Assembly: GCA_022605425.2 (NCBI GenBank)
Contig: JAKIMF020000001.1
Location: 2,232,001-2,296,000, forward strand
Length of the DNA: 64,000 nt
Direction: 5' to 3'
Source of the DNA: Hamiltosporidium tvaerminnensis FI-OER-3-3
Lineage: Eukaryota; Fungi; Microsporidia
In this document: in pieces, positions 1-13,835 of the stretch
Layout: the number at the start of each line of letters is the position of its first letter
How positions within the stretch are numbered: the stretch's first letter is position 1
Notes under the pieces: generated by a model
Told to the model about the DNA's origin: nothing
What the model saw: the letters and a program-made list of their open reading frames with translations, nothing else
The model's database searches: none
Made by a program: the position numbers and the translations under genes

Positions 1-1029
1 CTTTTTATTTTCCATTTTGTCTATTAATGCTTGAATTGAATTTATTTTTTCTTTAATAGACGTTCGCATAAATAAAGGATTACCCAATTCGTAAGCAATG
101 CCTGGCATTTAAGGGATAGTGATTTATTTTTTAACATAAACCATTATAAGAAATGGTAAATTTTTATTTAGAAAAGATTGGCTGGCAAATAAATTACAAG
201 GAATTTATTATGTGCAGAAATAATTTGTCAGTTATAAATTATATTTTAATTTGTAATTTAAAAAACTTGAAACTTTTTGTTAAATATTTTGGTTTTTATT
301 TTAAAAAAATTATAAAAAATGGCAAACATTTATAAAATCGTTATTTTTCATCCATGAAGAATCAAATTTTATAAATTATAAAGAAAAAATAAGTAACAGT
401 GACCGAGATATCCAATATATATTTTAACCGGAGTTTGGGATTCTTCTGATTTATATAGTTTTTTCTTTATAAATATTTCCTTCCATGTACTAATTTATTG
501 GTGTAGTTTGTATTTAATTGTCATTGGGAAGAAATTAGTCTTATGTTCAAAATATACATCCCGTTGTTTAATCTGACTTTTATGTTTTTATAACACGCTC
601 TATTTTTATACACTCTTTTTATTTAAATGCCCTCCTATTCATTTCCTGTTTTTCTGTACATCATCTGAATCACATTCCATCTGTTATTTCATATCTAATT
701 ACTCTCAAAATTTGTTTTATATAAAATAAATTAGGTAGTTAGATATGAGTATAATGCCAACTAGGATTTTAGTTCCTTTCAACTTTTATGGCAGCTTTCA
801 GTTTTTCATTGTTTTTATTAGCATTACTAAAGCGAAAACTGCATTTTATACTTCCAGATACTCTTATAAAATAATATAGACAACAAACAAATTTATTTAT
901 AGTTTATAATTCATTCGTTTCTCGTCTAAGTTTTCATTATATATATAAATTATATATGATAACTACATAATAAAGATTGTAAGTTGTAAAAATAGAAATG
1001 AAAAAGAAATTCTTATAACATATTTAAAA

Positions 1030-1450
1030 ACCCGTCAGTGTCCAGGTTGTGTATATCTTAGAAAATACACAATCAAAATATTTATACCGTTGTATTTCCA
1101 CACAAATTGCCGGATTTACAAAGTTTCCTCTTTACTGTGCGATTTATAAAAGATCTGCAAGCGGTAAGAAATACTAAAAATATTCGTTTATCAAATTTGG
1201 GTTTCTCATAGCCAAACAAATCTTATATACTAAGAGAATTCAAAAATTTATTTTTTTTTCGGCATTGACTGGCTTGAATGTCAAATTCATACATGGAAGA
1301 CCACGTAATTCAAAAGCACAAAATCGGTTTTAAGTTATAAATCAAGCTATAAAAATGGCTAACGAAGAAATTTTACGAAAAAAGATGTATTGTATATTTT
1401 ACAAATAGTATTCATGTATATAATAGAGGTATAAATATATATACAACAAA
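1030..1450 (+). pseudogene. Decayed rve/DDE integrase remnant (Ginger/KRBA2-like)
   Basis: 1280-1327 translates VKFIHGRPRNSKAQNR, resembling the integrase motif HGRPRHPQSQG; no intact ORF; interrupted by the LINE at 1451. Boundaries approximate. Confidence 0.45.
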
Positions 1451-2727
1451 GGTCTTCATAGTGTTGAGTTCAAAAGCGAACATATGCTTTTGCAACTCTT
1501 GGATTATCTGGAAAAATCTAAAGAAACATCGACCAGAAGAGCAGCAATCCTTAAGGTGGAGAATGATAATAAAACCCATCTTGCACTAATAAAAGACTTT
1601 TTAAAAGTAAAATACGGGATGGCAGAGTAAGTCACTAAAAATAAATTAGATGAAGCTCAACTAGCTAACTTATATAACGAAATAGAAAAACGAAAACTAC
1701 ATTCAAAGTTATATAATGCTAGAAACAACGAGCTAGTAAGTGTAAATGACTCCTCAAGATGGTTAAAGAAAGGAAGTGTAAGACCGCGTGATGAAGCAGT
1801 GTTCTGCTATATCCAGGATAGAAACGTATTTTGGAGAGCAGAAGGTGTGTGTCAACACTGCAACACGTCTAGAAAAACAGTAGACCATTTAGCAACGAGA
1901 TGTGAAAAAATGCTTGGTCATGACTATACTAGACGACACAATGAAGTGGTACGATGTATACATTTGCTCTTGTTAAATAAATATAAATTCAAGTCTTCAA
2001 AACGAATCAGAAGCCACTCAGTTCAAGAAATTCTTGATAATGAGTATGCAGAGATAAGAGTGGACACCAGAATAAAAACTGATGTCAAAATTCGAAATAA
2101 TAGGCCAGATATATTCGTTTTAGACAAGAGACGAAATAAGATTACCCTCATTGAAGTAGGAATCACCTCCCAAGACTCACTTCAAATAGTTGAAACAGAG
2201 AAACTTAGGAAGTATGACCTATTAGTCAATGAGCTGGGTCTTATTTACAAATGTAGTGTAGAGATAATTCCTTATGTGATAACATGGGACGGTATTGTGA
2301 CAAAATACCATAAGACCTATCTTAAAAGATTACAAATACCCATAAATGTAGAGGCATACATTCGGTCCATAGTACTTAAGAAAACAGTCGAAATGATTTC
2401 CTTCGATCGACGAAGAGGAATTGAGTCAGGACCAAGTGCCGAAGAGAGCTGGGAAAGAGCGTCATTAAGTGTTATTATAGGAGCTGAGATGCATAAACAG
2501 CCAACACCCCCCTTAAAAGAAGTGAAGAACGAGGAAGATAGTGTTAAACAAGTAAATTCAAAAAATATTTTATCCCTTATTTTAGATGACGTAACCAGAC
2601 CAGAGGAACCGACGATAGACATTAATGATAAGTCGGATGTAGAAAAAGAGAATAAAGTGGTTAAAGTGATGGAAGAAATTAGTTAAACGAGAGAAAATTT
2701 GTTAACCCAGAATTTTATTAAATAAAA
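1451..2727 (+). mobile_element. 5'-truncated R4/Dong-like non-LTR retrotransposon copy (CCHC + RLE region)
   Basis: Highly similar to 5908-7190; ORF 1799-2686 has CQHC..H..C and RPD..E..KLRKY; ends TTATTAAATAAAA; TSD ATATATACAACAAA at 1437-1450 and 2728-2741. Confidence 0.95.
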
Positions 2728-3373
2728 ATATATACAACAAATATTTATTTATGAAATCTTCTGAAAACCAGGATTTAATAATCAATTTTCTTGTTTGAAC
2801 AATGTTTAAGGTGATTCTAGTATATTTCGTATTCTATTTAAGTACATTCAGTCTCAAACATTGCATATGAGAATGCGGAGATACTTTGAAAACCAAGAAA
2901 TGTGCTTTGATGTGCAAGACTTAATATTTGAACGAGTATTTCTTGTAATGATTAGAATATCATATAAACTTGAGTATTATATAATAATTAATGTAGAGTT
3001 TGCCAACCTTTTTTAATTTAGAAAAAAAAACACAAATAACATTGCAAATTGTTTGCTGTCTATGATTAATGTCTTTCATAAATAGCAACTGGCGAAAATA
3101 AAAAGACAAAAAATGCTGATTACGACTCTTTCTGCATCAATTTTGTTTTAATTTAAACAACTATTGTTTGAATAACATGTTTGAAATAAAATAAGAAGAA
3201 TTTTTATTTAAACTGTGTATAATTAATTACATAATAAACGTATTTAGATTGCATTTTATTTACAAATAAATGGTTGACTGTAGTCTTGTTGAGAATATTA
3301 GTATAATATTTAAATAGATTTTTTTTGAAGAGAATTCGAATTATATATTTGTATATGGGTTTTGTACAGTGAA

Positions 3374-6300
3374 AATAATTAAATGGGTAGAAAGAAAAAT
3401 GTTAGCAGCGAAATATCGAATAATACCAAAATAAAGGCTGCAAACGACGCTGATGAGGTGAAAAAGAGTGATAGTGAGATACAAAAATGTAAGCTACACC
3501 CACCGGCGATTCCCCTACCTTCCTCCTCCTACACAACAATAACACCTCCACCACCAAGCCAAACATGCAGTAAAATGCAAAATAGTGGGCTTGACACCTT
3601 ACCTTCGCCTAATGCACCAGTTCCCTCTTCGGTTGAAGTCTCTGCGTGCGAGCCATCGTACGACATGACAAGCCCCTGTAGTCTAGCTATTCCGGAAGGT
3701 AACAGGCTAATGGCATTGCGGACGATATTCGATTCTGTAACAGCCGACCTGAAGGAATGGCCTCGAATTGTTTTTTTTGCAGTACAGACAAGGTTTGAAA
3801 GAATGCCAAGAAATGGCTGGACAGAGCTTCACAGGTACTATAATGAGAAATTTGGCTGCACTGAAACTCTCGAAGTGTTAAAAAAATTGGTACAAAGTGA
3901 GATGGGAAAGGATGTAAAATCAGAAGAGAATGGAGAGCGACGTAGAATCGCCACTTGTCTCGCTGATACATGCACCTTGACCGACACCACGGAGTACATA
4001 AACCTGAGAGATAAATTCTTGAGTAAAATCAAAGAAATCTCTGAGAACGAAATTGGAAAAGTGGTGGTCCGAACTAGAAAACATCCAAATGAATTGGTTG
4101 ATAGTAAAGTTCTAGATCTCATAAATCGAGTAGTCGGTGAATATGCAGGAGCTCATGTACCTGAGTCAATTACGGAAGCCGCGTATATCATGCAAGCTGC
4201 GCAGGTATGCTATGACGAGGCAACACGTAAAGAGAAGCCTAGATCCGCTTGGAAGGAAAACATAGAAAGTAAAATTTCTAAGTTAGTACTTTCCAAAGAT
4301 CTCCTCGAGAAAGCTCGTAAGCAGGAAAAGCTCTCCACTTCGGAAACGAAGAGCCTTAAGAAAATCATGCGAGAGTTTAATTTAAACTTGAGCAGCGTAA
4401 CTGATCTTTCTGAGGCTTTAGTTAAGAAGAATGAGTCTTTGAATGTTTACGAGAAAAAAATTACGATGTATAAAAGTAGGAAGCAATTCCGAAAAAAGAA
4501 TCGTATGTTTTAGCTCTTCCGAGGTCGATTTTATCTTGGGTTATCTGAGCGTGTTGAATCCGAGCATGTGGTTAGCCGTGGTGAAATTGTGAGTTTTTGG
4601 TCTACAATGTGGAACAAAAATGATGAGACAGTAATGTATGATGATTATTTGATTCCATTTGTATCAGATAATCATCCGACCACGTTTCCTTCACTTGATG
4701 AATTTGTGAATATCATTAATTGGCTCCCTAATTGGAAAGCTGCTGGAATTGATGGTATTTACAATTTTTTCATTAAGAAACTTACAACTCTTCACAAATA
4801 TCTTTATGATATTGTGAAAGTTATATGTTTAGAAGGAACACCTCAAGCTGATTGGTTTTACTGCGGGCTTACGTATTTGATACCGAAAGGAATTCCACGA
4901 AGAGGCTCTGACTACAGGCCAATCACTTGTATGTCCAACCTCTATAAGTTAACGACAAAGTGTGTAACGAAAGTCGTTCAACTTGAAGTGGAAAGGCGAG
5001 GGTTGCTTGCAGAGAACCAACTAGGGGCGGTAAGAGGTGTGCAGGGAGCGAAAGAGCAGGCTCTACTGAATATTGCCTTAAATAAAGAGTATGGAAATAA
5101 TCTTAAGGCAACATGGATTGATGTTAAAAAAGCTTATGATTCAATAGATCATGCTTATTTAACTCAATGCATTGAAAACCTTAATTTACCTGATTGGATC
5201 CTGAAATTTATTAAGGTAATTATATCAAAATGGAAAATTGATATATCAGTAGGGCCTGAAAAAATCATGAGCAAGAAGATTGATAGAGGGATTCTACAAG
5301 GAGATAGTCTGTCACCTTTGTTATTTGTGTTGTGTATGGATCCATTAAGCCGAAAGCTTAATGAAAAATACACAAAAGTGACAGTACAAACAGATGCAGA
5401 ATCCCATTCTACTAATCATCTCTTGTTTATTGATGATCTTAAGCTCCTTGCAAAAGACAGCTCCACATTGAGCGCTATGACAGGCGAGGCAAAGGAATTT
5501 TTAGAGGTGATTGGCTTAGAGATTAACAAAGAGAAGTCAGCCACAAATGATACGTGTTGTGAAGATACTGCTACTCTTCTAGAAGGTGTTAGTGTTTACA
5601 AATATTTAGGAATAATAGAAGATAGCAGAGGAATCCCAACACGTAGCTCATTTGAAGAAGTACAGAGCAAACTTATATCAAGAGTTGAAAGACTTTGTCA
5701 CACTAGATTAAATGCAAAAAATTTATTTTCTGCAATCAATCAACATGCGATATCGTTAATCAACTACCACATAGGAGTACTTCGACTTGAACCGGCTGAC
5801 TTCTCTAAGTTAGATGATGCAGTGCGTGCGGTGTTGGTTAAAAATAAGATACATCTCCGCCCAGGATGTAAAGAGCGTTTGTATCTTCCTAGAACAGAAC
5901 TTGGAAGAGGCCTACATAGTGTTGAGTTGCGAAGCGAACATATGCTTCTGCAACTCTTGGATTGTCTGGAAAAAAGTAAAGAAATATCAACTAGACGAGC
6001 AGCAATCCTCAAGGTGGAGAATAATAATAAAACCCATCTTGCACTAATAAAAGGCTTCTTAAAAGTAAAGTACAGGTTGGTAGAAGAAGTCACTAAGAAA
6101 AATTTAGAAGAAGCTCAACTTGCAAAACTATATAACGAAATAGAAAAACGAAAACTCCATTCAAAGTTATATAATGCAAGAAAAAATGAGCTTGTGAGTG
6201 TTAGTGACTCTTCAAGATGGCTAAAGAGAGGAAATATTAGGCCACGAAATGAAGCTGTGTTCTGCTATATCCAGGATAGAAATGTATTCTGGGGAGCAGA

Positions 6301-7190
6301 TGGTGTGTGTCAACATTGCGGGAAGTCTGGTAAGACTGTAGATCATCTAGCAACTAGATGTGAAAAAATGCTAGGCCATGATTACACTAGACGGCATAAT
6401 GAAGTGGTTAGATGCCTACACCTTCTCCTTCTAAATAGATATAAGTTTAAGTCTTCAAAACGAATAAGGAGCCACTCAGTTCAAGAAATTCTTGATAATG
6501 AGTATGCAGAGATAAGAGTGGACACCAGAATTAAAACTGATGTTAAAATTCGGAATAACAGACCGGACATATTTATTTTAGATAAGAAGAAGAATAAGAT
6601 AACACTCATTGAAAAAGGAATCACTTCCCAAGATTCACTTCAAATAGTTGAAACTGAAAAACTTAGGAAGTATGACCTGCTAGCCAATGAGTTGGGCCTT
6701 ATTTATAGGTGTAGTGTTGAGATAATCCCCTATGTGATGACCTGGGACGGTATTGTGACAAAATACCATAAATCTCATCTTAAAAGACTAGAAATACCCA
6801 TGAATGTAGAAGCATACATTCAGTCTATAGTACTTAAAAAGACAGTCGAAACTATTTCCTTTGATCGACGAAGAGGACTTGAGTCAGGACTAAATGCCGA
6901 AGAGAGCTGGGAGAGAGCGTCAATGGGTGTTATTATGAGATCAGAGATGCATGAGGAACCAATACCCCCTTTAAAAGAAGCGAAAACAGAGGAAGATGGT
7001 CCCAAAAATTTTAAACCAAAATATAAAGCCCCCTTTATTTTACAAGGAGGAACCACTTTAGAGGAACCGACCAATAACATAAATGAAGAGTCGGATTTGG
7101 AAGAAGAGACAAAAGTGGTTAAAGAGGTAGAAGAAAACATGTAAAAATGGTAAAAAAATATTTTAACCCAGAATTTTATTAAATAAAAAA
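3374..7190 (+). mobile_element. Apparently full-length RLE-type non-LTR retrotransposon (R4/Dong-like)
   Basis: Perfect TSD TTGTACAGTGAA at 3362-3373 and 7191-7202; RT motifs (KAAGIDG, DYRPI, DVKKAYD, GILQGDSLSP, FIDD, YKYLG), ERLYLPR..GRGL, CCHC knuckle, PD..E..K endonuclease; A-rich 3' end. Confidence 0.95.
3383..7144 (+). CDS. Single ~1253-codon RT-RLE polyprotein interrupted by one in-frame TAG (4511-4513)
   Basis: ORFs 3383-4513 and 4568-7144 are in the same frame; the intervening codons read RMF*LFRGRFY with no other stop. Confidence 0.85.
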
Positions 7191-10100
7191 TTGTACAGTG
7201 AATTCGATTTAATTTTGAAAAACAATCACTAGCATTTTTTGAATTTGAGTGAGTTTTAAAAAGTAAGGAATATAAAAAAACGAAGGAAAGAGCATCAATA
7301 TAAATTAAAAAAAACAAAGGTTTATAGGAATTGACAGTATATTATTAGTCTGGGAGGTTGATTTATACAGTAAAAATTATTTTAAATCTTTAAAAATGAA
7401 AAAATCATGGTTTTTAACCAATTTTTGGAATGTAACCAATAATTTAAGCATAACATTGTTCTTAAATAAATGTTTATTAAACAAATTCTACTAAAAAATA
7501 TATTATTTTAAAAAATCATATGTAAAAATTGGAAATAATAAGCTGGCTGTTTTATTTTCAACAAGTAATTCGATAGCATTACAATATTTGTGTCTAGAAT
7601 TACATTATGAGATTGCCTTCAATCGTTAAAATCTAAATAACAGTGTAAATATGATCGAACTAAAGAGTTAAGCATATTTTGAATAATATGTTGATTTAAT
7701 TCCTTTTCAGACGAAATGAAAGAATCTTTATAAATTACCATAAAATTTAGAAAATTATGCCTCATGATACTTAAGTTTAGAGGTTATCCCTACAATTATT
7801 AGTACAAAAAACATCTTAAACGAATTATTTTGATATACTATGAGGGAGTACTATAGGTTAAAATGCATGCTGATAAGAGTTTTTAAAAAGCATATATGAA
7901 TGCCATAAAGAATGAAGATATCTGATCTATATCCTCTTTTTATATCGTAACACTGGATAGGCTTTGAAACGATAAAAAAGCAACCAAAGAAACTCTCTAT
8001 TTAGATGATACAACATTTGATGAGATCCGAAAAAAGTTTAAACAATTTAGCTAGTATATAAAAGGATGGAAATCATTTAAGAAGTAGAAAATATGTAGAA
8101 AGAGACAAGTAACTTTTACTTAGTATTCATTGAATTTGGTAAAATATTTGAATTTCACTATATATTTGCGAAATCCATCTTTTTTTGAAAAATGAAGAAA
8201 TCATTACATATTATTTTAAATAAGAAGTATAGAATGCTACGAAAAAATATACTTGAAATTTGAAATGCAAAATCCAAAATAATTTCGATTTGTGGTTTAT
8301 AAACAGATGAATATATTGAGTTGAATCCAAATTTTAAATTTTTATGTAATATAATTAAGAATCGCAATCTTTCTTAATACAAAAATATAACCAAAGGAAC
8401 AATTTTCAACATAAATTTATTAAATATTATTTCTTTTAGTCAAAAAATAGTTATCGATTGTCTTTATGCATAAAAAAGCGATGTATGTCCTTTAAATATA
8501 GCAAAGTTCATATATATAAAAACGAATAAATCAATTAATGCTGAAAAAACATTTTAAAATTTGTTTCTAAAGTTAAATTCTCGTTATTTTCAATCCAAAG
8601 TATATGTTTATTTATACCAAAAACCATCAAAAAAATTTAGTTTATTTAAATTAATCAAAATTAGGCTGTATTCAATTGTATCTAATATTTGGGTATATGA
8701 ATGTTTTTTTAACCACTTAAAATTATAATCTATGTGAGATATAAGGGTTTAATATAGTTTCATACAGGCTTCAGTCTTCCCCACACTATAAATCAATTTT
8801 TTTTATTGATCACCAAAATCTTTTTACCGAGATGGTGTGAAAGTTGTCTTTATGAAAGAAAAGTAATTTAGTATGTCAAAAATAAGCTTGAGAATTAGAA
8901 AAGGGAAATCAGCAAGAATATTATACATTGTTTGAAAACTTCATACTCTAGAAAATTGTAGTCTTTTCAAATACAAGAAAAAATGAAAAAAAATGAAGCC
9001 CTAAACGTAATCTAATTGAGAAGTTACAAACCAAAAGCCTAGTAAGAGCTGTAAAAACACACATTAAATTAAATATAAGAAATATTTTATGAAATCTATG
9101 AATACGCAATATGTTTGATTTACTATTGCGCAAAATACTATCAATTTTAATGACCGAATTCTTTTATTACATAGCGCGTTCGAGCACTGATTATATCATA
9201 CAAAGTAAATCTTAGGGCGGAAAGTGACGAGGGGTTTTCTTTAAACAGATCAGAATTTAAAGAGGACTTGAACTATGCCGAACACAAATGAAAATGCGCT
9301 TTTGCCATTCTCGTACTGTCTGGGATTGATTGGATTATTATCAACATAACAGACATCAATTCAAAAAAAATATAATAATACACCCTATTTTCTACTAATA
9401 AGAAGCTTCATACATGTAGATATACGAATTAAACAAAAAACATAAAAATTAATACAGAGAAACACAAATAGAAAGTATACATAACAAAGTAGAAAGTTTA
9501 ATTTGATTATAAAAGCTACGAATAGTGAGCTCTTAATATTAGTAATTTCCAAAAAGGGCTTAAGAAATAAAGGATCACTATTTTAAAAGATTAAAATTCC
9601 GTCTTAATAATTCACACTGGATCTATAGGCTGATTCCTGTAATATTTTGTTATAACATATTAAAATGATTGGAATAATCAAGTAACTAAAGAATTTTGTT
9701 GCATGAAAGTCAAAATATATTTTAAAGGGGGTGAAAAAGGCTTTCAAAATTCTAGAGAGGCAGAAATCACTTTGCGACTATCCAAGGGAAACCTAGAAAT
9801 ATACCTATATTAAATTTATAAAGAGGTATTTTTTGTTATATACATTTTTAAATAAGTACAAATTTAAGGTTAGAAAACAAGCAGGAGATATTGGTTCAAG
9901 AAATGCAGAACATCAAAACACATAAAGATCTTTGAATTTGTAAAGCGAACGCATATTTAAATTTTAATAAGAAGATATAGAAAAGCGTATTGGTTTAGAA
10001 CAGTCTTTAGCATCTAGTCAAATTATTGCAAGAAAACCCCAAAGATCACAACCTACTCTGAATAAGTTAAACTAATAAGGTTATCAAGAGTCTCAGAAAA

Positions 10101-10575
10101 TTTCAAAAGTTTCTTTTTTTCTAGGAAATACATAAATAAGCTTTTGGTACCTTAAAAAATCTATATATCAGTATATAATCTGATATATAGGCAACGACTG
10201 TATCTGAAAAGATAATTTATACCATTTTTTACAATCTAAAATGAAGATTAGATATGCGCATCATCCTAATGAAAGTCTAAGAAAGACATAAAAAGATTAT
10301 ATATGAAAATAGAGAAGCAGAATACTTAAATCTAAAAACCGCGAGTATAAATTGTTTAGAAAATCCAATCTCAACTTTGAACTCTAAATTGTGAATAAAA
10401 ATGCTGATAAAGTCATAACAAATCAAATGTATAAAAAAATAGAAATTAAAAAAATAAAAAGGAATATTATAAAATATACTAAGAAAAAAATAAGTCGAAC
10501 TTACCAAATATCGAATAAATTTTATTTTTTCTGAATGATTTGATTTTATAAAAAAGACAACAGAAAAAAATAAAA

Positions 10576-10649
10576 TGCCTTCGTCCGGGATCGAACCGGA
10601 GACCTCGCCCGTGTGAAGGACGCGTGATAGCCAACTACACCACGAAAGC
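10576..10649 (-). tRNA. tRNA-Val (anticodon CAC)
   Basis: Minus strand GCTTTCGTGGTGTAGTTGG...CGTCC-TTCACAC-GGGCG...GGTTCGATCCC..GACGAAGGCA forms a cloverleaf and is followed by a T-run terminator. Confidence 0.97.
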
Positions 10650-10830
10650 TAATTAATTTTTAATTGTTATTATAATAACAATTAAAAATTTGATCAAATA
10701 TTTGTAGAAATTTTGATTTTAATTATAAAATATGTATAAATATACTATGACACCATTTTTTATCTGCAAAAAAAATTTCGAAATCTTGTCAAACCTATAT
10801 ATTACGAACCTTGATTATCAGCGAAAATAA

Positions 10831-10895
10831 TGAAATTTCGCCCGACATGTGACTATTTTGTTTGGTAGTCCCAAGCTCGGATTATGAAGAAGGTT
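10831..10895 (+). ncRNA. Degenerate twister-ribozyme-like sequence at the RTE 5' end
   Basis: AAATTTCGCC...GTAGTCCCAAGCTCGGATTATGAAGAAGGTT resembles the twister pattern UAACUCCGCC..CCGGUCCCAAGCCCGGAUAAAGGAGGAGGG; P2 can still pair, P4 and T1 are damaged. Confidence 0.6.
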
Positions 10896-13835
10896 TGGCA
10901 TAGTGCTAACACACCTATTTCATGAAAACCATATTTTTATGAACCGAAATGAATGAATATATTTTAATTCTAGAAGCAATTTAAATAAAAAAAAATACCA
11001 GAGAAGTCTTATCTGGGAAATAGAATGGGCGGCACTTTTTTAGAGCAATCGCATTATTATTATTTATCGAGTGAACCAAAGAATATAAAGTAGATGTCGT
11101 ATAACTATAAACGATCAGATATAAAGGATCACATGTTATAAGAACCAACAAAGATACTGTTTCTACTACTGTAATACAACTTACGGATAAAAAAACCTTT
11201 TGCTATTAAAAAATTTACTGTTAACTTTTTGGACTATAAACAGATAGATAAAAGATTGTTTTTAACAGAGTTGGAAAAGGCTTCTTTTATACGATCTTCA
11301 TTATATTCACCGCTAATTGAAGAGGAAAAGAAGAAATCAAAGAAATTTTAATTATAAACATGAGAATTGCGAAAATGCTCGATTAAATGTTATAAAAATT
11401 GTTATAAGGGATATCAAAAAATAAAATGAAAGAAAATGACTACAGATGCGCTTTTTTTATCAATGATGCATTTAATTAAATCAGTGATAATAGTACTGGG
11501 TTGATATATTTTGCAGGGATTAAGAAGATAATCATTCCTAGCAGTTGTTTTTCATACAAAGGAACTATGTAAATACAAGAGACAATTCCTGAATATATAG
11601 CATTTACAAAAATCGGTCTGCTATTATCGATTCAGGACATGCATCAGATTTCATAGATGTTAGAAGCGTCAGAGGCGCAGATACTGATTTCTTTTTCGTT
11701 AATATAAAGTAAAGTCCGCGCTTATACAACTCAGAAGCATCTAAAAGATATATAATACAGAGTTTTAATACCGATTTGTTACAAAATTTGTTTTTTAGAG
11801 AACAAATATAAAGACACTTATCAAATAATAAAATACAAACAAAGTTAATGCACTAGATGATATAGATAATCTTTTGACAATGACAAAAAAAGCACAGTGG
11901 TAAATTTCAGAAGTGATTTTTGGTATATAAAAATGAAAGCAGCAAAGTGGCTGGTTTGGTTGAGAATATAGAAATTTCATTAATCCCAGAAATTAAAAAA
12001 AATATATATGCTTAAGTTAGAAACCACGCTATTAAACTATTTAAGCACAAAAAAGGCTAATATCAATCATATTTAATGAGAAAAAAAGAGCGGAAGTGGC
12101 TTAGAAAACTAAGAAATAGAAAAAATAGTAAATAGTAAAACGATAAGCCTAATATGAATTATTAGGAATCGAAAAACGGAACTTATTAATCAAAACACAA
12201 AATTATAGGAATATTTAGAATTATTTCATGGGATATAAAGATTTATTAGATATCTTTGCTAAATTTTTTGAAAACCTTAAGTGCATTGGTCAAGCTATAT
12301 TAGATGAAGTAAATATTAATAATTCTGAATATATGTTATGTAAATCTGAGGAAAATAATTTATGTGGAGAAAATTGTGAGCAAATAAAACCATCATTACC
12401 AGTTTAAGAAAAAATATGACTTCAGAGAAGATAAAATTACTGCATGAACTAGAAAACATAGAAGTCATAAATTAATAGGAAAAAACACAAATTAACTTGA
12501 AATATGTTAGAAAAAAAATGAGAACTTTTAAATAATATCTAAGCTCTACATCTTCTAATATAAAAAGAGTTTTAACAATTAATGTCCTAGGCTAGAGGTT
12601 TATCCCCATTAAATATAGATAAAAAGCTCTAAGCAAAATAGTTAATAATAGGTCTGAGCTTTATGCGGAAAAAATTACCTAGAACTTTCAATGTTGGTTT
12701 TGAAAAGGTAACCGAATCTAGATATATTATTTATCTGATAATGGCACTGTAAATTTTCTATAAATATAATATTCTGCCGCATAAAGTAAATCTAGATTAT
12801 AAATAAGCCCACCATTGTATTAATTTAAATATATTAGCAAGGCTCTCAATATTTGGAAAAACCTATGAAGTCTAAAAGAATGAGTAACGTATTTTTGAAC
12901 AATTCGAAAGAAAAGGTATTACAATCAAATAATACCTGAAATGATTTTTAAAGAACCAGATTCCCTGAAAAGGCGATAATTTTCGTGTGTATAATTACAT
13001 CTTAAAATAAAACAGTTGTCCAAGAGCCAAAAATCAATGTATAATATATGGGTTTTTATAGTAAAACTCATGTTTAGCTTATACTGACCAATTTGGTAAT
13101 TTATTCGGAAATTAATAGTGTATAAAATCATATTTTATTGACAAAACAACAGAATCAGAAAAGATCTGAAAAAAGGTAATTATGAAAAAAAACTAAGTAT
13201 ATAGAAATGACATTGCCACCAAATAACTCAAAAGATAGCCTTGCGTATTGACTCTTTCTAATTCGATATAGAATTTACATCTAATTATAAGAACTCTTAT
13301 AAATTAAAATAGAAAAAGCATCAGGAAATTTATGAAAAAATGAAGGCAGAAAATAAAATCTGCATGAACTACAACACTCAATCAAATGAGACATATGTAT
13401 AAATTCAAATTACAACGTATATAAAGTACTATCTTAGGATATTTTATAATGTATAGATCTAAAACTCGATTATACTAAAAAAAATAAACCATTATTAGAC
13501 ATTTACGAAATAAAAATACTTCGAGGAATATATAGCTGAAAAAACACAAACAATGAATATAAAATACGAACGTATTAAAGAATTTTTGATCGCTATAGAG
13601 AATCGAAAGGGGGAGTTATTGAAATAAAAAAAATCTATGAATGATGCAGATGAAACATGTGGCATATATGCCATCGATCGAGGTTACGCCAAGTAATATG
13701 TATCAAACGAATCGAAAAGTATGTATATACTGCGACAAAAATATTAAAAAGTTTAATGTATGCAAAGAATAAAAAAATAAAAGAAGAATTATCGCAAAAT
13801 ATAACGAAATTTTCTGGATTGGAGCGCTAGTTCAA
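10831..13835 (+). mobile_element. Highly decayed RTE-clade LINE (APE endonuclease + RT)
   Basis: RTE-type 5' UTR; broken but colinear motifs DVV*L*TIRYKG (~11094), IDVRSVRGADTD (~11653), RGLSPL (~12595), FQCWF*KG (~12686), EKTYE (~12857). Right boundary approximate. Confidence 0.7.

Noticed and set aside
2317-7317. Antisense or alternative-frame ORFs within the LINE (e.g. 6820-7317, 2317-2622) and other 60-110 aa ORFs in the track
   Set aside because: Shadows of the coding strand or AT-rich noise; no motifs, and many have non-ATG starts
7330-10260. Possible gypsy-like integrase/RT and Tc1-like relics (WEVDL at ~7350, FLG at ~10119)
   Set aside because: Motifs are too short and broken to support by eye; needs TBLASTN
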